A stretch of DNA of 64,000 nt from Schizochytrium sp. TIO01 (lineage: Eukaryota; Protista; Bigyra: Labyrinthulomycetes): assembly GCA_004764695.1 (NCBI GenBank), contig SMSO01000036.1, forward strand, positions 868,001 to 932,000, in the 5' to 3' direction. Positions 21,160 to 32,599 of the stretch are shown piece after piece. The notes under the pieces were generated by a model. The model was not told the origin of the DNA. It ran no database searches and saw nothing but the letters and a program-made list of their open reading frames with translations. The stretch's first letter is position 1, and each line of letters begins with the position of its first letter. A program made the translations under genes and the position numbers.

Positions 21160-22590
21160 TTACTCATACATTCTCTCTTCTTCTTCCACCTCCATTTCAT
21201 CGTTGTCTTCAGAATATTGTCTTGGTAATACTTTGATTCTGTCTATGTTCTTCGCAATCCATTTCCGAAAATCCTCAGATTCGAAAAGCTCTCTCGTTTG
21301 GAGTGCAGTTTCAAATTCACCTTGTTCTCGATATTCTTCCTGGGTGAGAAAGGGTCCTGCAATATATTTCGTTCCCATTTTAGCAATACCCCAGTTAGGA
21401 CACAGAATCTTCCATAACTTTACGGCTTGCTGGTTTAAGAAAGGCATGATTACTTTGTGCAAAAACAGAGCAATGAAGATGATACCTGACCAAATCAATG
21501 ACCTAGTAGAATGGAACGTGCAGACGTAACCAACTCCAATTAAAAACCACCGCACGAGGTCTTTGAGAGCAGGGCTAGGACCATTTGGCTGGCCATTGGA
21601 ACCGCGCAAGAAATAGTAAGTCACAGCAAAGCTCAGCAAAGTGGACCCAGCGATGTAGTAAATGAGTTCGTTTCGGTAAGAATCAACAAGGATCTCAAAG
21701 ATATTTGTGAGGAATGTTGCTGCGACACCAAAAACCGCCTGCACGGTAATAGCCATCCAGGCAGAGTGCTTTGAAGAAGTAACTCTCTTTAGGACAAGCC
21801 AAGTGAGAAGAAATACACAGAGAAATACTCCAATGGTTGTGCCCGATGCATAGTACAGGAAAATTTGCTGGCTTAACCATGGTGCCAGCTCTATCAGCAC
21901 CCAACCAGTCGCGATAAGAGCCGGCCCTCTCCAGGAGAACTGTTTTCGTTCAACAGTAAGGCGAAGTTCTTCTGAATGCTCGTCATCTCGAATTTGGTCG
22001 CGTTCAAGTATAACACAGCTTACACCATAAGGGGAGAACGCAACCTCTTTTCGACAGCTCAACCCAACGCTGTCCTTCAAAGTTCGAATACCCTTTGTCA
22101 GCATGCCATCCAGACCATGAGTGGCCGGGGCAGCAGATTTTTTGAGTCGCATCAAAAGATCCTGGAACCCACTCACATCGCAATTTTGCCTCATCGATTC
22201 CGCTTCAGCCATGTTGAGAGAGGGCTTACCAGTTTCCCAAAGCATGGCTGATATCACTTCAACGTGCAGACGCGAATCGCTGCTATCCCCTTCAATGCAG
22301 GCACCATGTTTAGCATTGCTGTTGACAGAAAATACGAGCTCACCAAATATACTCTTGAATTGAGCAAATGTATTGTGCTGATTACAAACGCACCAAATTT
22401 TAGACTCAAAACATTCTGCACCTTCACAAACATCTTGTGCATCATTCACATCCAAGCTTCGAATAAATTCGATTTCTTCAGCTCTTCCTGTGATCCAAGA
22501 AGAGCTCATCAAGATTAGCAAAGCTAGAAAGAGCCAAAATGGACGTATCAGTGTATTTTGCAAGGCCATTTTATGTGCTGGTAGGTGCAA
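21160..22590 (-). CDS. NEMP1: Nuclear envelope integral membrane protein (NEMP/TMEM194 family)
   Basis: Signal peptide, about 5-6 TM helices with FLYYASGTTIGV, and C-terminal FLTQEEYREQGEFETALQTREL (NEMP LLTEEEY..QG..ET..AL.EL motif). The start could be the second Met (MALQN). Confidence 0.88.
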   Translation of the reverse strand: MHLPAHKMALQNTLIRPFWLFLALLILMSSSWITGRAEEIEFIRSLDVNDAQDVCEGAECFESKIWCVCNQHNTFAQFKSIFGELVFSVNSNAKHGACIEGDSSDSRLHVEVISAMLWETGKPSLNMAEAESMRQNCDVSGFQDLLMRLKKSAAPATHGLDGMLTKGIRTLKDSVGLSCRKEVAFSPYGVSCVILERDQIRDDEHSEELRLTVERKQFSWRGPALIATGWVLIELAPWLSQQIFLYYASGTTIGVFLCVFLLTWLVLKRVTSSKHSAWMAITVQAVFGVAATFLTNIFEILVDSYRNELIYYIAGSTLLSFAVTYYFLRGSNGQPNGPSPALKDLVRWFLIGVGYVCTFHSTRSLIWSGIIFIALFLHKVIMPFLNQQAVKLWKILCPNWGIAKMGTKYIAGPFLTQEEYREQGEFETALQTRELFESEDFRKWIAKNIDRIKVLPRQYSEDNDEMEVEEEERMYE

Positions 22591-24490
22591 CTACTTGGCA
22601 AATGCACGGGCTTCCCCCTTTTTGTAGGGTCTGCTCGAGAGTATCTCTTCCGAGTTCACTGGATGGAGTCTTGGCTCTCGAGAATCTAAGCAGCGAGCCA
22701 ACGTACTTAACAATCAATCTATCCCAGAACTTCACTGAGGCTTCAGCTTTAGCTTCCCCCAAAAGGCTCTAAGCACACAGCGCTGCGTTCTGAGCTCGTC
22801 GCTTTGCACACTATTGTGTCTCGAATGTGCTCCACGCGGCGCTCTGAGACAGTAAATATGATAGGAGTTTGCGAAGCTTCAGGAGAGAGTAACAGGGTAT
22901 TGAAAACCTTTCTTCTATAGTTAGCTAGGAAGACCATTGCTAACTAGTTGCTATATAATAATCACCTAGGTACTTATGCTATTGTATTAGTGTTATATAT
23001 AAGTGTGTGCTTCTAACTGCCATAGAGAGAGCAATCATGCTAGAACTACCAAGTGCCTAGGTGTTGTTTACCCATGTGGCTCTCAACACTCGTACGCTCT
23101 CAAAAAGCACCAATGGAGTCTTTGCAGAAATTAATAGATAAAGCGCCAAAGAATAAGCATATAATAAAGACCTTAAGAGGCAGTCGTATGCGGCATGAGT
23201 TGCTAAATTACGAGCAGCCGAAATACCTTGCAGAGAGAAACTTAGAGAGAGTTTTCATATGTCGCATTAGTTGAACTTTGATTTTTTCATGGTTCATTCT
23301 TTTGAAAGTATGTAGCCTAAACGGACGTCAAGCTCCAACCCTGATGCGTCAGAATCGGACAGGTATTAAATTTGTTACGTAATCACTACCTGGTGCTAAT
23401 CTAATTTGTGGTTTGGATCGGCTACTCTGGCAAAGCAATGAACGAGCTAAAGGGTGTACTCTCCATTATAAATAAGACGGAAATGCTATAAGTCACAAAA
23501 TGCATCCACGAATAAAATATGTATGTTGAACAAGAGAAGAGGAAAGAGAACGAGGAGGATCATGATAGAAACAGCCGGAATAATTGCGTTTGGGGGGAAT
23601 ATTCACTAACAATATAAATTTGCAAAACCTCAAGACCAAAGCTTAATTTGCGCTATTTATTTGATTCTGTCCATCTTTAGCATCTCTGATGCACTAATTG
23701 AATGCAAACTTCAATACTAGCAGCACAGCCTGGAAGTCCCAATAGTGCTTCTTTAACTTTCTATTTATCGATATTTACCCAGTAATCAAAATGCGAGGTG
23801 TTGGCTGATGCTGGTTTGCTGTTCTGTTATGAACTTTATGCACTAAGCTAATAGACATCAGTCAGGAGACGTGGCAATTATGCTTTCTTCTCTGCGTCAA
23901 AGATGAACGAAAAGAAAAGAAACGATTTTTCATTTTTCATTTTTTCATTTGTATGTCTATAACAAATTAAATTTTTATTAAAAAACAAAACAATATAAAA
24001 ACGGACCTAGATTTAAAAATTGGGTCGAAAAAATAGAATTAAAAGACAGTAACAATGGGGAACTTTGCATATAACGCATTGAGACGATGGTTTTAAAAGA
24101 AAAAATATAGGAATAGGATAGCAGATGGTTTTTGGCCATGCGAGTTTGGGAAAAGGACAAGGAAACTTAAGTAAAGAGTCATCGGCTTAATTTACCAATA
24201 AAGATGTAGAAATTGTCCTACAATAGAATCCTAAGTAAGTTCTTTTTAGAGCTTCCTTTGGATAATAACATTGTAAACCACGGTGGTTGGAGAGTACTAT
24301 TATTGGGATTGTTAGGTAGGTCGGTAGGTAAGTAGCAATAGTAGTGCTGATGGTAATTGGACGACTATGAATGCTTGAAGAACAACAAAGTTCATGAAGT
24401 AGAGTTGCTGGAGAAACAAATCCTGCTTCCTTTGTCAAAATCGTCACACCGAAGTTGGGATGCATAAGGGCCTTCGGTCTGACCATTTCT

Positions 24491-27349
24491 ATGTATCTTG
24501 CGATGGCAGAAATGCTCATCTCAACTTCTCTTGTGAGCGCCCGTTTGCTGGCTCCTCGAGGATGTAGCACGACTGCGTCTCGCGTCCTGCAAAAGGTTTG
24601 GCTCGGAAGCCAGCCTTTTGCTCGCTGTGCCAGCACCAAGGCTGATGGATTGAGCGGTTTAAAATCCAAACAACATGAGTTGCGGAATCTACGCAAAGAG
24701 CTGCAAAGCATTCGTCAGAGAGTTGAAAAGTTAAAGGTCCAGCCACAGTCTCAAATGACGGCTAGCAAGGATCGAGAGGGTAAGGATTCAAAGGGTGAGG
24801 CTCCACTCGCTCACGCTGCACAATCGAATGCGCGCTCTAAGGCTAGTGATGCGCCGGGTGCAAGCAGCCGGTTAGGAGACAAAAGGGAGACGAAGACATC
24901 ATCTGCTTCAAGTCCTGCGAAAACAGGGAAACCTGATGACCGAACACCAAATTTAGCGGGAAAATCAAAGCCGTCATCTGCAGAGTCTGCATCTTCTATT
25001 CAGCACGAAGTGATCATGACTCCTGTTCGGGACCTTTTCCCCCTGGAAAAGAATGCTAGTCAACTCTTATCTATCATAAACTGTGATTCTAAGGATTTTC
25101 TGATCTGGAAAATCACAACTGTGGAAGAAGCTCAAGAGTTTGTCCGTCTGGTCCAGAAGCTCCCACCTAGTGTTGTACTTGGCTGTGATACCGAGGCTTC
25201 AATCGATCTAGAACTTGGGGTGGTTAACAATGGTTATATCACCTGTGTATCAGTTGCATTTCCTACACTCAAAGACTATGATCTTGTGAGGGGGTTGCCG
25301 AACGAGCAAAGGAAAGTATTAGAAAAACAACTTCCTCAGCGCCGATTATGCGCTTGGATTGATGTTCTTGGTGACCGCGCACATTTGCTGGACATCGTTA
25401 AACCAGTATTTGAATCCGGAAATGACAATCCAAGAAAAGTATGGCAAAACTACACTTTTGATTTTCATATGCTTGCAAACCATAATATCAAGCACAGGGG
25501 TCTGGCAGGCGATACAATGCACATGGGCCGCTTGGTGCACAATGGTCGTATCAGAAGTTTTAGTCTTTCGGAACTCTCTTCTGCTTGTTTAGACCGTCCC
25601 GAGTTAGCCAAGATTTCGATGAAAAATATTTTTGGTGAACGCGAGAACTCTAAGGACGCTGGTAAGCAACAAGGGAAATCTATTGCCAAATCAGATATTA
25701 TTCAGGTTGGTCCACTTCGTGAAGCTTGGATCGAATACAGCTGTCTAGACTCTGTTGCATGTCTTGAGCTTTACTTTCTTTTCCAGAGTCAACTTCGGAA
25801 CATGAATTTTGTCGAAAAGGACACTGGTCTACACCGAAACCTTTTAGAAGTCTACGAAGCCGGAATCTTGCCATTTGCACAAGTACTTGCGGATATAGAG
25901 CGAGCTGGGTTTCAGGTAGACCTTAAACACCTTTCAGCAATCGAAAAGGCAGCGAGTGAGGATCTCGAAGCCGCCGATAAAAGCTTTAGAGGCTGGCTTC
26001 GTACATCAGGTGCTTTGAAAGACCCTGATGATGCGGATCTTTTCAATACAAGTTCTTCAGCGCAGCGCTCTGCCTTGTTGTTCAGTTGGGACCCAAAGGA
26101 AAAAAAAGTGATCAATCTAAAAGATCCTTCGAGCTGCATTTACATGAAGGATACAACTTCGAATAAACAAGTTGCTATTCGGGGACTTGGTCTTGAAATT
26201 ACAGATGTTACCGCCACTAAGGCTCCGGCTACGGGCTCTGCGGTGCAAAGTAAACTCGTTGGCAAGCCATTCGATGACCCTCCAAAGTGGGGAACTGCCT
26301 ATGAACCTCTAGAGAGTCAAGAAGCAGGTCGTGGGGAAGCTGCTTGCAAAGGTTTGGGTCATCTCATCGAGTCCGCTGCTATCCAGAAACTTCTAACCAC
26401 TTTCATTGCGCCCCTCAAGAAACGAGGTGAGGAAAGCGCGGAGCATCGCATTCATACTTCTCTTAAGTTCAACACGGAAACTGGACGACTGAGTGCTAGC
26501 AATCCAAATTTGCAGAATCAACCAGCTCTCGAGAAGGATCGTTACGGAATTCGGAAGGCATTCATCTCCCGTCCTGGAAATAACTTAATTGTTGCAGATT
26601 ATGGACAGCTGGAACTCCGTGTGTTGGCTCATCTAGCCAACTGCGTACCGATGATCAAAGCTTTCGAAGCTGGTGGAGATTTTCACAGTCGTACAGCCTT
26701 AAGCATGTTTGACTATATCGAGAAAGACAAGGAAGTCATTCTTGAATGGGACAAAGCAGCAAATGGGGGCAAGCCCCCGCCGTACCCTCTTATTAAAGAT
26801 AAATATGCATCGGAACGTCGCCAAGCAAAAGTTCTTAATTTCTCGATCGCATACGGTAAGACAGCGTTTGGTCTATCAAAGGACTTTGGGGTATCTCTTG
26901 ATGACGCCAAAGACATTGTGGCGCGTTGGTATAGTGCCCGACCTGAAGTTGATCAATGGCAAAAAGATACAATTAATTTTTGTAGGAAATTCTCTTACGT
27001 AGAAACAATATGGGGTCGACGTCGTTTCTTTCCGAAAATCAATTCAAGCAATCCTAGAGATCGAAGTGCTAGTGAACGGGGTTCGATTAATACACCAATT
27101 CAGGGCAGTGCTGCAGATATTGTGATGAGTGCTATGATCAAGCTTCATATGCATGAACGGTTTCGTGAAATCGGTTGGCAAATGGTTTTACAAGTACATG
27201 ATGAAATTATTGCAGAGGGCCCGGAAGAATCAACCGACGAAGCCATGGAGATTGTCCGAACTGTGATGGAAAACCCAATGGATTACAAAATGCGGGTTGA
27301 CATGATTGTTGATGCCAATGTTGCGAAAACTTGGTATGAGGCTAAATAA
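24491..27349 (+). CDS. Organellar family-A DNA polymerase (POP, Pol I-like) with 3'-5' exonuclease and N-terminal transit peptide
   Basis: Exonuclease motifs CDTE, WQNYTFD and YSCLD; polymerase motifs TGRLSASNPNLQNQP, ADYGQLELRVLAH, RRQAKVLNFSIAYG, NTPIQGSAADI and QVHDE; GGDFHSRTA is typical of POPs; Arg/Ser-rich leader. First ATG is at 24491 (the ORF track starts at TTG 24455). Confidence 0.93.
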   Translation: MYLAMAEMLISTSLVSARLLAPRGCSTTASRVLQKVWLGSQPFARCASTKADGLSGLKSKQHELRNLRKELQSIRQRVEKLKVQPQSQMTASKDREGKDSKGEAPLAHAAQSNARSKASDAPGASSRLGDKRETKTSSASSPAKTGKPDDRTPNLAGKSKPSSAESASSIQHEVIMTPVRDLFPLEKNASQLLSIINCDSKDFLIWKITTVEEAQEFVRLVQKLPPSVVLGCDTEASIDLELGVVNNGYITCVSVAFPTLKDYDLVRGLPNEQRKVLEKQLPQRRLCAWIDVLGDRAHLLDIVKPVFESGNDNPRKVWQNYTFDFHMLANHNIKHRGLAGDTMHMGRLVHNGRIRSFSLSELSSACLDRPELAKISMKNIFGERENSKDAGKQQGKSIAKSDIIQVGPLREAWIEYSCLDSVACLELYFLFQSQLRNMNFVEKDTGLHRNLLEVYEAGILPFAQVLADIERAGFQVDLKHLSAIEKAASEDLEAADKSFRGWLRTSGALKDPDDADLFNTSSSAQRSALLFSWDPKEKKVINLKDPSSCIYMKDTTSNKQVAIRGLGLEITDVTATKAPATGSAVQSKLVGKPFDDPPKWGTAYEPLESQEAGRGEAACKGLGHLIESAAIQKLLTTFIAPLKKRGEESAEHRIHTSLKFNTETGRLSASNPNLQNQPALEKDRYGIRKAFISRPGNNLIVADYGQLELRVLAHLANCVPMIKAFEAGGDFHSRTALSMFDYIEKDKEVILEWDKAANGGKPPPYPLIKDKYASERRQAKVLNFSIAYGKTAFGLSKDFGVSLDDAKDIVARWYSARPEVDQWQKDTINFCRKFSYVETIWGRRRFFPKINSSNPRDRSASERGSINTPIQGSAADIVMSAMIKLHMHERFREIGWQMVLQVHDEIIAEGPEESTDEAMEIVRTVMENPMDYKMRVDMIVDANVAKTWYEAK

Positions 27350-27557
27350 TTCAAAGTTAAATATTCTCTTTGTCTTGAAATGGCCTTACAGAATGGTTCT
27401 CATTTTTAATTTTTCAAATACTTATTTGCGTCGGTTACTTGGGATACAACTTTAAAGATATCAACAATGACTCCTCTTATGGTGAATAAGGGACCGCACA
27501 ATCTTGTTCTACATCTTCCAGTGCATTTGAATGGAAGGAGCGCAAATCTGGCACTTT

Positions 27558-27633
27558 CTTGTTGAAGGATATATCACACTAATCAGCAGATGCAACTTGT
27601 TGAAGTATATATCACACTAATCAGCAGATGCAA
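27558..27633. repeat. 38-bp tandem duplication
   Basis: CTTGTTGAAG(G/T)ATATATCACACTAATCAGCAGATGCAA twice, starting at 27558 and 27596. Confidence 0.9.
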
Positions 27634-30604
27634 GCAGAGCAAATCGCATCTTCAACATATCTTTGGGAAGTTAGCTTCAAGTACAGCTCATGGAATATAT
27701 CTTTTTGCAAAATTCTTATTAGAAATATATCACACACTAAACAGTCACTTGACTCCAATGATCCAAGGATAAGTTGCTTATTTTCTTAAACTTGTGTAAC
27801 CGCCGAGACTTAGGCGTTGATTTTGTAGCCACCCCACTGTTCCTTATTTTTGGAGAGTATATACACCCACATTCAATACTGCCCCCTACAAGAAACAAGA
27901 CAACTCTGGCTGTAGATGGCCATGCTACTATCTACCCTGAGTGGAATGTAATAGTTTAATAATTTACATGATAGTGTCCTTATGTAGAGTTTTGTTCAGA
28001 GAGTAAGGAATGATCTTTTTTATCAAAGCGATACCATATGCACATACAAGTTGCTTCTATCATCCGGTTAATATTGAACAACTTTATTCTGCAAATCAAA
28101 ATTCATAAGTTAAAGATTTACGCCCAGACGCTTGGCCCTATCAATTGCCCATCTTGATTAAATCTCAACAAGCCGCGAGTTCAAGGTTGCCGTAGTAGTG
28201 CGTCTTCGTTATCATACAATGGCAAAAAGAAAGAAAGCAACATTAGAAAACCTATTCCTTATGAGTCGAAAAACTTAAGTATCCTTACACTCTGGCAAAT
28301 AGAAGTAGGCCTTCTTTTTCTGTGACGCTGCATCTCCTGCGTTCTGGTTTCATCCAATTCATCAAATGAATTGGTCAGTTTCATACACATCAGTATGGCT
28401 CGTGTTGATGGCAACTGCCCGACTCAGAGTTTGCTCTTGTGAGGTTTCTAGTAGACGCGTACAAGAATGTTTTGTAAGTTTCAGTAAATTTTTTATTTGA
28501 CCTGATGAAATTTTTATTTGATCAATTGATTATTTAAAAAACAAAATATCCGTTGAAGAAACCCCTTCCCCCCTTATAGGCATAGAGCTTTTCTCAAGGA
28601 ATCATTATTGACTTGGCAGTGCCGTTGGTACACACGTTACTGTTCTTAGCATATGCTCCGGTGGAGGGTTCTTATATTCTATATTTAACCCCATAAAAAC
28701 ATAAGAGGATGTTTCGCATTCGAGGCGATGTTCCAACATTTTGTACAGTTTGAAGATTGGAGGTGGAATCACGGCGATTGCCAAGTCATAACTGTATCGT
28801 TTGTATAGTTTATGAAAGGCTTGCTAAGCACCAAATTCATGCATGGTTAGTATACAGCTTCTTACTGCTTTATGTTATTTGCTTCAGACTTCAAAAGCAG
28901 GCCAATAGATGAAACGGAACCTCCACTTTTTTCTTCTCTCTTTCTGCTTAATTGGGGGTCAAAAGTCGTGCACCCTTTAGGAGGACAGCTTTTTCTATTA
29001 GTTTTCTGCAAGCATCTTTGGTTGGAGCCTTAGTTATGCACCATTTCGCCCGATATACCCATACAAACTATTCAACTGAAGCTGGGCAAGGATGTACTTT
29101 TAGCTTTGTCACGTATTAACAATTGCCTTTCGCTGCGAAGATGAGAAACCTGTGATAATCACCCCTATTCCATTGAAAACTCATCTTCTACATCTTTGTC
29201 AACTTGTATAACAAGATCAAATATAGCTTCGGATGCCTTGCTCCTTTCTTATGATATATCTCCAATGAAAGAATGTAGCTGCCTATCAAAGATAGCAGCT
29301 GTACAAGTTTGCAAATAAAAACTATTTTAGTATCACCAGTTCCAGCCAAGGAGAAAATGAATGTTGTACTTCAAATTGTCTCATCTCAAAACAACAATAT
29401 CAACAAAACCAAAGCCAACAACCAGTGTCACAGACTGCCATGATAATGATTAATTATAGTAATAAACTTTTAAGTGTTCATATCGGGTAGTAATTGTGCA
29501 GTTTCTTTTTGCTTTTTTTGTGAATATAAATAAATTATATATAATAGCCTGAGTACATATAGGTACCTATCTATACTGAATTGATTACATGCACAGGCCA
29601 ATATCCTGAGTACTTCAGTATTACATTCTCATTTCTCATGTACCATATAATAATTATATATACTTTTCTTTATTGCAGATAGATATAGAAATAGGAAGCA
29701 AAGCAAAAAGCAAAACATAGTATATCACTGGGTGAGTTTCTACTCAGAGGTAGGTACCTAACATAGCAGAATCAGAGCTCTGGATGTTCATCGAAGAATA
29801 AACAAATTCACTAGCAAGTCGCGAATTAAGGCATATGTGTGTCTCTGTTCGCGAACCTAGATTTCCCCAGCTTAAGGTTACTTTTCTTGTTTTTATTATT
29901 TGACATAAGGCCCCTAATACTTAGTAAGGAATATCGCCTACAACTGGTGCACTCGGTACTTTATATCAGGTAGGAAGTCTTCAGCGCGGGCAGAACGACG
30001 TAAACAACAGCGGAGTTGCAGAGCTAGCGGAATTGGCAACAGGTTCCGTACGCAAGCTCGGACAGTGCTGGAGGTTTTCTCTGAGAAGCACCGAACCAAA
30101 GCACTCCGAGCACCGATAGCCGGCTTATCAAAGGACACACCACGTATGTTGTGTCAGATTAGAGAACTGCAGCAACTAGAATATTAAGAAAGTTAAGACG
30201 AGAGGCATATCACAGAGACTTAAGCAGCACGTCGGTCAGCTGGTAGCAGGTAAACGCATTGGCCAGTGTCAGGAAAGAAAAGGCTTTGGTGGCATCTGGT
30301 CTCTACATAAAGAAAAGACTTCAATAGTGGCAACGCTGTAGGAGAAGTATATATAGCTTCTTGCATTCAGCATACAACAACTGATTAGCAAGAACTAGCT
30401 GTGTCATGCGCAAAATCAGACTTAGGTAGAAGTTGCATAGCGGTACTTTCCTGCTTTTCTAGTTCATTTGCTTGTAAGCATATCTATTACAAAGCGTGGA
30501 CAATCTCCAGCTACGTTAAATTAGCTTCTGTTAAAGAAGACCAAGCTCCGGCCAGGGTTGGAGACGCTCTGTGCCCTTTGCTTGCAACAAAGCTCTAATT
30601 TGCC

Positions 30605-31933
30605 ATGGGCGGGGGGGTCTCAAAACGTAACAACAACAATACCAACACCACTGCCACCACCACCACCAACAACAGTAACAATCAGAATGGAGTGGTCCCA
30701 GCTTCCGGCTTGGCAGCAAATACGAAAGAAAAGGTTTCTAAAGACCTTTCATTACCATTATCGTCTACACAACAATCAAATAATGATCTACTGGAGGGAA
30801 ATATTCATTCAACTCAGAACCGGTCGGATCTAACCGCATATGCAAGTTATAATAGTGATGGTAGGAAATCCGATTCTCGCGATCACGCCTATTCTGGCTC
30901 AAGCAACCTTGGCAGTCAATTAAGAATGCGCCATCGAATTGAAGCTATCGAAAAGAGGGAGATGATGAGTGAAGCACAGTTTAATCGTCAGCGTCGTAGC
31001 TCTATGGACGTATTTGCTATGAAAGAAGCTCTTGCAAGGCAAGCAGAGATTCCTTCTTCAGGCCAAGCACCAAGTATTCGTCGCGCAAGCTCGGTCAAGG
31101 TGAATACCCTCAAACGTCAATCTTCCCTTTCAGCAAGGACTCAAGGGCCCTTGGAGCGTCAAAGGAGTGCAATAGATAGATTCGGCTCGAGTCGATCTGT
31201 TGGAAATAATATGAATGCGAATTTCACAGCAGGGGGGCACATGATGCATTCAAGTAGTGCAGGAAGCACTCTCAGTAGTAGTGGAAATGGGAACGCACAA
31301 GGAGGAAGTCATGCAATGCTCATGGGATCTCGCCCTGGCAATACCGATAGCCGAGGTTCAAACACCATGGGTAACGCAAATCTGCTCTATAGTAGTACCG
31401 TGAGTAGCATCGCCCCAGGCGGCAACATGACCAATAAAAGCTCAGGAAGCTTTAATAGTAACTCAAATAATCCATCAGCTATGCGACTGGCTAGTGGATA
31501 TGGGGCTCCACCAAATGAAGATGCGCAAGTTACGTTTCTCAAAAATCGGTTACGACAACTTGACGAGCAAATGGCTAAAATTAGACACGATCAAGCTGGA
31601 TTATTGCAGACTATACAGGCCGCTTCTAGGCCAGTTGGAGGGCCAGCTCCAGATTCACCATATTTCCAGATCATGCAGCAACAACTTCAGCAAAACAACC
31701 ATTTATTGGACTCTCTTTTGAAACAGCAAGCTCAGGTTGAGCAAACCATGCTCTTTATTCTGCGTTCAAATGTGCCGGCAATGAATAGTTGGGAAACAGG
31801 AGGTGGTTATAGTACTGATGTTCACAATTTAAAACGCAGCACAGGGTCAAATACAGCGTCATCAGCTGCCGCAGCGTTAAAGCGCGATTTATCAGATTCT
31901 GCTGCAAATTCCGAAAACGTTTTATTCTTTTAG
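30605..31933 (+). CDS. Hypothetical Ser/Asn-rich protein with N-myristoylation signal and C-terminal coiled coil
   Basis: 442-aa ORF, GCCATGG start context, MGGGVSK fits MGxxxS(K), several RRxS sites, Gln/Leu-rich coiled-coil-like region. Confidence 0.8.
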   Translation: MGGGVSKRNNNNTNTTATTTTNNSNNQNGVVPASGLAANTKEKVSKDLSLPLSSTQQSNNDLLEGNIHSTQNRSDLTAYASYNSDGRKSDSRDHAYSGSSNLGSQLRMRHRIEAIEKREMMSEAQFNRQRRSSMDVFAMKEALARQAEIPSSGQAPSIRRASSVKVNTLKRQSSLSARTQGPLERQRSAIDRFGSSRSVGNNMNANFTAGGHMMHSSSAGSTLSSSGNGNAQGGSHAMLMGSRPGNTDSRGSNTMGNANLLYSSTVSSIAPGGNMTNKSSGSFNSNSNNPSAMRLASGYGAPPNEDAQVTFLKNRLRQLDEQMAKIRHDQAGLLQTIQAASRPVGGPAPDSPYFQIMQQQLQQNNHLLDSLLKQQAQVEQTMLFILRSNVPAMNSWETGGGYSTDVHNLKRSTGSNTASSAAAALKRDLSDSAANSENVLFF

Positions 31934-31948
31934 GATCTAGAGTCTTGG

Positions 31949-32036
31949 AGAAGAAGAAGAAGAAGAAGAAGAAGAAGAAGAAGAAGAAGAGTCAGTGAGT
32001 GAGTCAGTGAGTGAGTCAGTGAGTGAGTGAGTGAGT
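31949..32036. repeat. Compound microsatellite (GAA)n plus (GAGT/CAGT)n in the 3' flank
   Basis: Read directly from the sequence. Confidence 0.9.
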
Positions 32037-32306
32037 ACTCTTGAGCCGTGTACTTAAAAGGTCACCTTTTTACTATGCTCCCGAGACATTTGAATTTCAA
32101 AGATCCCTCGTGCAAAATAAATTGGTTTCCATTTTCATGAGGAATCGATAACTTCTTTCTTTCTTTCCTTCCTTCCTCACTTTTATTGTTATGAAAAATA
32201 ATATTTTAAAAAACAAGACGATCGCCAGATTTGAAGAATAACACTAAGCAAGTTTAGGATCCTTTTTCTCTCTATTATAATCATCGTCATTGCCAGCCTC
32301 AACAAC

Positions 32307-32338
<32 letters not shown>

Positions 32339-32599
32339 TATATGCGGAATACTATATCTATCTATCTGAGATAACATATCTCTTGCTGGATTTGTCGGTG
32401 CAGAGAAAAGCTGTGATGGGCAAAGTGATAAAACGGACTAACACCAAAAGATTGGGAATGATGAATCTCACTGGGCATTTCTAAGGCGCTGATGTCGGGG
32501 GGAGGTTTCGCTTACTAAATCTGGTAGGTGCACACAAAGGAACATCCATTCTCATAAACCTCCAAGCTCAAATGACAGTAGCACCAAAAAAAATCAATA

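Noticed and set aside
24491-27349. Viral or horizontally acquired bacterial DNA polymerase I
   Set aside because: No 5'-3' exonuclease, a transit-peptide-like leader, POP-type motifs and ordinary eukaryotic neighbours indicate the normal organellar replicase.
27900-27960. Tyrosine-recombinase-like ITFHSG on the minus strand
   Set aside because: A single short motif followed by a stop, with no other recombinase motifs recognised.
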